Below are positions 57,484 through 64,000 of a stretch of 64,000 nucleotides of DNA, piece by piece. The translations under genes were made by a program, and so were the position numbers. This stretch comes from Candidatus Omnitrophota bacterium (GTDB lineage: Bacteria; Omnitrophota; Gorgyraeia; 2-01-FULL-45-10). The stretch lies in contig PLNN01000024.1 in the NCBI GenBank assembly GCA_003142795.1, positions 1,078-65,077 on the forward strand, written 5' to 3'. Within the stretch, counting starts at the first letter, position 1. Each line of letters starts with the position of its first letter. Below the pieces are notes generated by a model. It searched no databases. It was not told where the DNA came from and saw nothing but the letters and a program-made list of their open reading frames with translations.

Positions 57484-59688
57484 ATGTCAAAGACATCAGA
57501 AATCACGGTAATGACGGTAGCATCGCTCATGGTGAGCGGCGCTAAGAAAGTGCTTAATGAAACGGACGCTCTTTTGAGCAAGGCGATAAAAGATAAGGGC
57601 GCTGATGGCAAAATAGGCTTCCCGGAAACGGCATTTTATCTGCCTTTGTCGAACGCACTTTTGGGGGCCGAAGTAAAAACCTTAGCGGATGCCAAAAAAG
57701 TATTCGATACAGCCAGGACGCTAGTGATAAAAGAAGTGCCTGCTGAAGATAAGTGGAGCAGCTTTTTAAAGGATTCTCTCAACGCCGGCGTGGCGACGAT
57801 ACTATCAGAAGAGCTGATCGTTGCGCTGAAATATATCTATGGCGAAGAGCCGCAAGCGGATTGCCCGGGATTTTTCTCGGATACGCTTTTAAGGGCGCTT
57901 GGTATACAGCTCGTTGATGGCAGGATCTCGGGGATAGCCGTTATACTCGGTAAAGCCCCGGACTCCAAAACCGCGGTAGCGATCGTGCGGGACCTGCAGA
58001 AACGGAACATCCTGACGCTTGTGGGAGGCAACGTTGACGGGGTCAGCATCATCGAACAATTGAAAGAAGGCGGCCTGAACATGGGGTTAGAGTCTTACGT
58101 CGTTCCTTACGGCAGGGATACTATCTCGGTCGTCTATGTCCTTAATTTTGCCATTCGCGCTGCATTGACGTTCGGCGGCATAAAGGCAGGAAATACGGCG
58201 GCGTGCGTGGATTATATTAAAAATAGAGTGCCGGCATTCGTAATGCTTTTAGGCGGCGTAGATGAAGTGAAGGCCGCAACAGGCGCCGGAGCCCTGGCAG
58301 CAGGCGTCCCTATTATAACAGATCTTGATCTGCCAGAAGTAAAGGTCCCGGGCGTGTGCGCCCATGAGGAGTGCCTTGTAAAGGAAAAAGACTATAAGCG
58401 CATCGTCCAGAAGGCTATCGAGACCCGCGGGATAAAGATAAAGATAGCGAAGGTGCCGATACCTGTCCCGTTCTCTGCGGCGTTCGAGGGTGAGCGCGTG
58501 AGGAAAGAGAATATGTTCGTCCAGTTCGGCGGAAAATATTCTGCCGCGTTCGAATACCTGAAGATGAAGAAGTCCGATGAGATCATGGACGGGAAGATCG
58601 AGGTCGTAGGGCCTGAGATAGAATCGATGAAAGAGGGCCAGAGTTATCCGTTCGGCATAGTGATCGAAGTGGCAGGCCGTAAGATGAGCTCTGATTTCGA
58701 GCCGATACTAGAGCGGCAGATACACCGTTTTCTGAATTATGCGATGGGCATATTCCATATGGGCCAGCGCGATATGAACTGGATGAGGATCTCCAAGGAC
58801 GCCCAAAAAGCCGGATTCAAGATAAAACATTTTGGTGATATCCTTGTCGCGAAACTTCACGATGAGTACGGCGCGATAGTCGATAAGGTTCAGGTCACTA
58901 TTTATACAAATGATAAAGACGTGCAAAAGATACTTCCCGAAGCGCGTAAAGTATTTACTTTACGGGATGAGAGGCTCGCAGGAATGACGGATGAAGCCGT
59001 AGATACGTTCTACAGCTGCACGCTCTGCCAGAGCTTCGCGCCCGATCACGTTTGTGTGGTAAGTCCGGAGAGGCTTGGCCTTTGCGGAGCGTATTCATGG
59101 CTCGACGCAAAAGCGGCGCACGAAATTACGCCGACCGGAGGGAATCAGCCGATAAAGAAGGGGAATGTTCTCGATGCCGTTAAAGGCGTCTGGGAAGGCG
59201 TAAATAAGTTCGTGTTGGATAGCTCGCACCAGAAGACAAGCCGGATGACCGTATATTCTCTTATGGACTCGCCGATGACGTCGTGCGGATGTTTCGAGTG
59301 CATAGTGGCAGTCGTTCCGGAAGCGAACGGCGTAATGATAGTGAATAGGGAATATTCGGGCGAAACGCCGGTCGGGATGAAGTTTACGACCCTGGCAAGT
59401 TCGGTAGGCGGTGGAGCCCAGACGCCGGGCTTTTTGGGTGTAGGTAGATTATACATCGTGAGCAAGAAATTCATTTCCGCCGAAGGCGGATTAAAACGTG
59501 TTGTCTGGATGCCAAAAGAGCTAAAGGAAGCACTAGCGGACAAATTGAAACAGCGATGCAAAGAGATCGGCATGCCGGACTTGTTCGACAAGATCGCTGA
59601 CGAAACGGTCGCGACAGACGCCGCGGCGCTCGTCGAATATCTGACTAAAGTCAATCATCCGGCTCTTACAATGGAGTCGCTGGTATAA
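57484..59688 (+). CDS. acsB: acetyl-CoA synthase (CODH/ACS alpha subunit, A-cluster)
   Basis: 734 aa. The SCGCFEC Cys-Gly-Cys motif binds the Ni-Ni of the A-cluster. Overall ACS architecture. Confidence 0.9.
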   Translation: MSKTSEITVMTVASLMVSGAKKVLNETDALLSKAIKDKGADGKIGFPETAFYLPLSNALLGAEVKTLADAKKVFDTARTLVIKEVPAEDKWSSFLKDSLNAGVATILSEELIVALKYIYGEEPQADCPGFFSDTLLRALGIQLVDGRISGIAVILGKAPDSKTAVAIVRDLQKRNILTLVGGNVDGVSIIEQLKEGGLNMGLESYVVPYGRDTISVVYVLNFAIRAALTFGGIKAGNTAACVDYIKNRVPAFVMLLGGVDEVKAATGAGALAAGVPIITDLDLPEVKVPGVCAHEECLVKEKDYKRIVQKAIETRGIKIKIAKVPIPVPFSAAFEGERVRKENMFVQFGGKYSAAFEYLKMKKSDEIMDGKIEVVGPEIESMKEGQSYPFGIVIEVAGRKMSSDFEPILERQIHRFLNYAMGIFHMGQRDMNWMRISKDAQKAGFKIKHFGDILVAKLHDEYGAIVDKVQVTIYTNDKDVQKILPEARKVFTLRDERLAGMTDEAVDTFYSCTLCQSFAPDHVCVVSPERLGLCGAYSWLDAKAAHEITPTGGNQPIKKGNVLDAVKGVWEGVNKFVLDSSHQKTSRMTVYSLMDSPMTSCGCFECIVAVVPEANGVMIVNREYSGETPVGMKFTTLASSVGGGAQTPGFLGVGRLYIVSKKFISAEGGLKRVVWMPKELKEALADKLKQRCKEIGMPDLFDKIADETVATDAAALVEYLTKVNHPALTMESLV

Positions 59689-59703
59689 GGGAGAGAATAA
59701 ACA

Positions 59704-61038
59704 ATGGCTTTATCAGGATTGGATATCTATAAGCTTCTGCCGAAAACGAACTGTAAAGAGTGCGGTTTCGCGACGTGCCTTGCGTTCGCAATGGCGCTCG
59801 CGCAGAAGAAGGTTTCGCTCGACAAGTGCCCGAAAGTAACTGCTACCGCGCGAGAGGCACTGGAATCAGCCTCTCAGCCTCCGATAAAACTTGTCACTAT
59901 CGGCAAAGGCGAGGATAAACTTGAGATCGGCAATGAGACGGTCATGTACCGCCATGAGCAGAAATTTTTCCATCCTGCCGGCATAGGTTGTCTTGTAGAG
60001 GATACGCTTAGCGATAACGAACTTACAGCAAGAGTCGCGAAGATAAATGCCCTCACTTTTGAGCGTGTTGGCCAAAAGATAGGCGTGAGCCTCATCTGTA
60101 TTAAAAATAGTTCCGGAGATAAAACAAAATTTGTAAACGCCGTAAAAAAGGTCGCATCGGGCTCGAACCTGAATTTAGCGCTTTACAGCGGCAACCCGGA
60201 AGCTGTTAAAGAATCGCTCACGATAATAAAGGACAGGCGTCCCCTCATCATCTGCGCTGATAAGGCGAAGACGGACGATCTGGCCAGGCTTGCAAAAGAA
60301 TTCAGCGCGCCGCTTGCTATCACGGCCGCGTCATTAGACGAAGCGGCCGAATTGACGGATAAAGTGAAGAAGCTGGGCGTAGATGAAATAATGATCGATC
60401 TCAAGACAGATGACGTTTCGAAACGCATCCAGGATTTTACATTTATGAGAAGATTGGCATTAAAGAAGAATTTCAGGCTGCTTGGATATCCTGTATTGGC
60501 CTTCACGGGATCAAACACGCCCGACCTTGAATTGGCCGAAGCGGTCTCTTATGTTGCAAAATACGCCGGGCTCGTAATTGTAAAAAATATCGAAAAAGAA
60601 TTTATATTCCCGCTCCTGGTTGTGCGGCAGGATATCTACCAGGATCCCCAGAAACCCGTTCAGGTAGAGCCGAAGATATATGAAATAGGCAAGGTTACGA
60701 AAGACTCGCCGGTCCTTGTTACGACCAATTTTTCGATAACGTATTTCACGGTGGCCTGCGAGGTAGAATCGAGCAAAGTCCCGACTTACATAATCTGCTG
60801 CGACTCGGAAGGCATGTCTGTCCTTACTGCATGGGCAGCGGAGAAGTTCACCGCGGAGAAGATAGCCAATCTCCTGAAGACGAGCGGGATAACGGAAATG
60901 GTCGGCCATCGCAAGATCGTGATACCCGGTTACGTTTCTGTGTTGAGCGGCAAACTCGAAGAAGTATCAGGCTGGAAAGTGGCGGTCGGGCCGCGAGAAG
61001 CGTCGGGAATACCGAATTACTTGAGATCATATAAATAA
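59704..61038 (+). CDS. acsC: corrinoid iron-sulfur protein large subunit
   Basis: N-terminal [4Fe-4S] motif CKECGFATC...C, TIM-barrel and B12-binding domains. 444 aa. Confidence 0.85.
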   Translation: MALSGLDIYKLLPKTNCKECGFATCLAFAMALAQKKVSLDKCPKVTATAREALESASQPPIKLVTIGKGEDKLEIGNETVMYRHEQKFFHPAGIGCLVEDTLSDNELTARVAKINALTFERVGQKIGVSLICIKNSSGDKTKFVNAVKKVASGSNLNLALYSGNPEAVKESLTIIKDRRPLIICADKAKTDDLARLAKEFSAPLAITAASLDEAAELTDKVKKLGVDEIMIDLKTDDVSKRIQDFTFMRRLALKKNFRLLGYPVLAFTGSNTPDLELAEAVSYVAKYAGLVIVKNIEKEFIFPLLVVRQDIYQDPQKPVQVEPKIYEIGKVTKDSPVLVTTNFSITYFTVACEVESSKVPTYIICCDSEGMSVLTAWAAEKFTAEKIANLLKTSGITEMVGHRKIVIPGYVSVLSGKLEEVSGWKVAVGPREASGIPNYLRSYK

Positions 61039-61042
61039 TAAT

Positions 61043-61070
61043 TGTAGGGGAGGTTTAAACCTCCCCTACA
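61043..61070. promoter_or_regulatory. perfect 13-bp palindrome TGTAGGGGAGGTTT|AAACCTCCCCTACA between acsC and acsV
   Basis: Perfect dyad centred on TTTAAA. Either a stem-loop (terminator or processing site; no T-run follows) or a dimeric-regulator operator. Confidence 0.4.
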
Positions 61071-61084
61071 ATGTGGATAACTCT

Positions 61085-62977
61085 ATGCAAGAATTTACAG
61101 TAAAATTTACGCCTCAAAATAAATTGGTCCGCGTGCCGAAAGGGACGGACCTTTTGAGCGCGGCAATAAAGGCGGGGATCGTTCTCGCCGCATCCTGCGG
61201 TGGCGTTGGGTTGTGCGGCAAATGCAGGATCGTTGTCGAAAAAGGCACGTTCAAGAGCGAGGCGTCGCCTCTTGTCGGGGAAGAGGACAGAAAAAACGGC
61301 ATAGTTCTCGCCTGCGAGACTATTGTCGAAGGCGATCTTGAGGTGCGCATCCCGAAAGAATCGCTGGGGCTGCACGAAAAGATCAGCGGCGCTACAGAAG
61401 AATTCACCAAGGGCGTAGTGTTAGAGAAAGAAAAGTCGATAAAATATCTTCCGCTGGTGCGCAAGATCTATGTCGAGCTGACCGCCCCGACAGCCGATAA
61501 TAGCACAAGCGACCTTGAAAGAATATATGATGCGCTTGCTGAAAAGATAGATCACGTGCATATATCGACGAAAGTGGCGAGCCTTAAGCATCTGGATGAA
61601 TTGCTGCGTGACAGCGACTATAAGGTGACCGCGGTTATTGCGTATAACGATGATAGCGTCGAGATACTTACGATCGAGCCGGGCGATACTTCAAAGGCAA
61701 ATTTCGGCTTCGCGTTCGACATAGGGACGACGACGGTCGCAGGGCAGCTTATCGACCTTAACACAAAGAATATCCTCGGCACGCGCATAGCTTTCAACAA
61801 ACAGGCAAGTTACGGCAGCGATGTGATAACGCGCATAATTTACGCCTCCGAGCCCGAGGGGCTGAAAAAATTGAACGAAGCCGTCATGGAAAACATAAAT
61901 GATATAATCGGCGACCTTACGGACGCATGTAAAATAAATTTAAGCGACGTCTACGGCCTGGTGATGGCGGGTAATATGACGATGATGCATCTCTTATTAA
62001 AGATAGATCCCTCTAATATAAGGAAATCGCCGTATGTCCCGACCTCGGTCGTTTTTCAAAATATTAATGCCGCGGAACTCGGCGTGGAGACAAACCCTAA
62101 GGGAACAGTGGCCTTTGCTCCGGGAGTTACGACGTATATAGGCGGCGATATAGTCTCGGGCGTATTGGCATGCGGGCTTGCTGAAAGCGACGAAATGTCG
62201 CTACTTGCCGATATCGGCACGAACGGCGAAATAGTCCTTGGCACTAAAGACTGGATGATCGGCGCGGCCGCGAGCGCCGGGCCTGCGTTCGAGGGCAGCG
62301 GACTTTCGCACGGCATGAAGGCGGTCAGAGGCGCCATAGAAAAGGTGAGGATAAGTAAAAGCCTTGATGTCGAGATAGGCACTATAGGCAACGACGCGCC
62401 AAAGGGCATTTGCGGGTCCGGCTACATCGATCTATTGTGCCAGATGCTGAAGGCCGGCGTAATAGGTAAGGACGGCAGGATAAATCGCGATATCAAGTCA
62501 AAACGCGTCCGCAAATCGGACGTCAATTATGAGTTTGTCGTTTCATTCAAGAGCGAAAGCGCGATAGGCCGCGATATAGTCATCCAGGAGGACGATATCG
62601 AAAACCTGAAAAGATCTAAGGCTGCAATATATAGCGCGATAATAGCGCTATTGAATAAAGTCGAAAAGAACATCAACGAGGTAAATAAAATATACATTGC
62701 AGGCGGCTTTGGCAATTATCTCAACATAGAAAATTCCATATTCATAGGCCTTCTTCCCGACCTGAAAAGGGACGTGTATGAATTCATAGGCAATTCATCG
62801 CTGGCAGGCGCGAGGATGTCGCTCATCTCGCACGAGGCCTTCGAAAAGATGAGCACAATTTATAAAAATATAACGTATATGGATCTTTCGAGCGAACCGA
62901 ATTACATGGATGAGTATGTAGCGGCGCTTTTCTTCCCGCATACCGACCTGGGGAGGTTCCCATCGGCACGATCATAG
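61085..62977 (+). CDS. acsV: reductive activator of the corrinoid iron-sulfur protein (RACo/AcsV; 2Fe-2S ferredoxin + ASKHA ATPase, DUF4445)
   Basis: N-terminal plant-type ferredoxin CGGVGLCGKC, then an ASKHA-fold domain (DIGTTTVAG, GNMTMMHLLL). The ATG at 61085 is used; the track starts at the GTG at 61073. Confidence 0.8.
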   Translation: MQEFTVKFTPQNKLVRVPKGTDLLSAAIKAGIVLAASCGGVGLCGKCRIVVEKGTFKSEASPLVGEEDRKNGIVLACETIVEGDLEVRIPKESLGLHEKISGATEEFTKGVVLEKEKSIKYLPLVRKIYVELTAPTADNSTSDLERIYDALAEKIDHVHISTKVASLKHLDELLRDSDYKVTAVIAYNDDSVEILTIEPGDTSKANFGFAFDIGTTTVAGQLIDLNTKNILGTRIAFNKQASYGSDVITRIIYASEPEGLKKLNEAVMENINDIIGDLTDACKINLSDVYGLVMAGNMTMMHLLLKIDPSNIRKSPYVPTSVVFQNINAAELGVETNPKGTVAFAPGVTTYIGGDIVSGVLACGLAESDEMSLLADIGTNGEIVLGTKDWMIGAAASAGPAFEGSGLSHGMKAVRGAIEKVRISKSLDVEIGTIGNDAPKGICGSGYIDLLCQMLKAGVIGKDGRINRDIKSKRVRKSDVNYEFVVSFKSESAIGRDIVIQEDDIENLKRSKAAIYSAIIALLNKVEKNINEVNKIYIAGGFGNYLNIENSIFIGLLPDLKRDVYEFIGNSSLAGARMSLISHEAFEKMSTIYKNITYMDLSSEPNYMDEYVAALFFPHTDLGRFPSARS

Positions 62978-63747
62978 CAGTTAACGGTAAGGGCGGGACA
63001 GGCAAGACGACGATCGCGTCGCTTCTGGTAGCGTATTTGGCCAGTGATAAAAAAGGGAACATCCTGGCGATAGACGCGGACCCGAATTCATGCCTAGCGG
63101 AGTCGCTCGGCGTGAGTGATGCCGAGACGATCGTAGGTATCTGTGAGGAAGTCTCGAAGAACATGGACAAGATCCCGTCCGGCATGACTAAGGACAGGTA
63201 TATAGAGATGCGCGTGCAGGAAGCTCTCATAGAGCGCAATGGCTTCGATCTTCTGGTCATGGGGAGGCCGGAAGGGCCGGGCTGTTATTGTTACGTCAAT
63301 AATCTACTGCGGAACATAATAGACAAACTGACGTCAGGCTATGACTTTGTGGTCATCGACAATGCCGCGGGCATGGAGCATATCTCGCGGCGCACCATGA
63401 GGGAGATATCCAAGCTCGTTCTGGTAAGCGACTATTCCATCCCCGGCGTGCGCGCCGCCAAAAGAATATACGATCTTGCCAAAGAAATAGGCATAAAGAT
63501 CACAGACGCATATTTGATAGTGAATAAAGTATCGGGGCCGATAGATGCGCTGAAAAACGATATCAAAGATACGGGATTGAAGGATGCCGGCGGCCTGCCT
63601 TACAACGAAGAGATCGTTAAGTGGAACATCTCTAATCGTTCCATATTCGAGTTAAAAGATAAGGCAGCCTGGTCTGGCGTGAAAGAAATATTCAATAATC
63701 TTATAGGAGAGCGATATGCCGGTAGAGTTTGTAAAAGAAAAATATAA
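62962..63747 (+). CDS. cooC: CooC/AcsF-type Ni-insertion ATPase (MinD/ParA family)
   Basis: The P-loop IAVNGKGGTGKTT (62971-63010) lies upstream of the first canonical in-frame start (TTG at 63037). The 5' end is therefore inferred (ATC/ATA start or a sequence error). Confidence 0.7.
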   Translation: MGTIIAVNGKGGTGKTTIASLLVAYLASDKKGNILAIDADPNSCLAESLGVSDAETIVGICEEVSKNMDKIPSGMTKDRYIEMRVQEALIERNGFDLLVMGRPEGPGCYCYVNNLLRNIIDKLTSGYDFVVIDNAAGMEHISRRTMREISKLVLVSDYSIPGVRAAKRIYDLAKEIGIKITDAYLIVNKVSGPIDALKNDIKDTGLKDAGGLPYNEEIVKWNISNRSIFELKDKAAWSGVKEIFNNLIGERYAGRVCKRKI

Positions 63748-64000
63748 CGGGGCAATAAATACGATCGAGATCGGAAACGGCGCGAAGTGCGTTAAAATAG
63801 GCGGTGAGACCACCCTGCCATTCCTGTTCGAAGAAGGAGCGATGCCGAATCAACCGGTCATTGCGCTCGAGGTGCTCGATACGGAATCGCCTGACCAGGC
63901 CATCGCATGCGGCGGCCGTCTATTGTGCGTGCGCCTTGCAAGCATCCATCCGGATAATGGGAACAGGCCTGCGGATGAGGTTATCGCGTCGCTTGGGTTG
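63716..64000 (+). CDS. acsD: corrinoid iron-sulfur protein small subunit (AcsD-like), 5' partial at window end
   Basis: ATG at 63716 preceded by AGGAGA. MPVEFVKEKYNGAINTIEIGNGAKCVKIGGETTLPFLF resembles the CFeSP delta subunit N-terminus. Runs off the window. Confidence 0.55.
   Translation, partial: MPVEFVKEKYNGAINTIEIGNGAKCVKIGGETTLPFLFEEGAMPNQPVIALEVLDTESPDQAIACGGRLLCVRLASIHPDNGNRPADEVIASLGL

Noticed and set aside
62957-62980. Programmed -1 frameshift fusing acsV to cooC
   Set aside because: RACo and CooC are separate proteins in all described systems. No slippery heptamer is evident. A non-canonical start or a sequence error is more parsimonious.

Overview
This 64 kb window is bacterial DNA with about 45-50 % GC, and nearly all genes are on the + strand. 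The organism is probably an anaerobe, because a Wood-Ljungdahl (reductive acetyl-CoA) gene cluster fills the last ~11 kb: fhs, an fchA-like cyclohydrolase, folD, metF, acsB, acsC, the corrinoid activator RACo/acsV, a cooC-type ATPase, and the start of acsD. The middle of the window is conserved housekeeping: an EF-G paralogue, yebC, ruvCAB, queH, a SpoIID-like protein, queA, tgt, yajC, secDF, a CDF transporter, recJ, a MarR/TolC/RND efflux operon, polA, glgA, coaE, rho, rpmE, prfA, prmC, murA, rpsP, trmD, rplS and rnhB. The first ~8.6 kb is an AT-rich accessory island. It carries dispersed GGGGAC...GTCCCC palindromes that look like REP elements, and an IS200-like/RAYT-like Y1 transposase flanked by inverted copies of that palindrome (a REPtron-like unit). 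It also holds a ~175-bp MITE-like or sRNA-like element, with two further copies elsewhere, each sitting directly after a stop codon. The candidate novel system is a tightly linked gene set on this island: a secreted protein with a BamE-like domain, an FRG-domain protein, and a 414-aa protein with a C-terminal PD-(D/E)xK nuclease motif. A RelE/RHH toxin-antitoxin pair also lies on the island. I found no rRNA, convincing tRNA or CRISPR array. Coordinates I indexed by hand may be off by 1 nt; ORF-track coordinates are used wherever possible.
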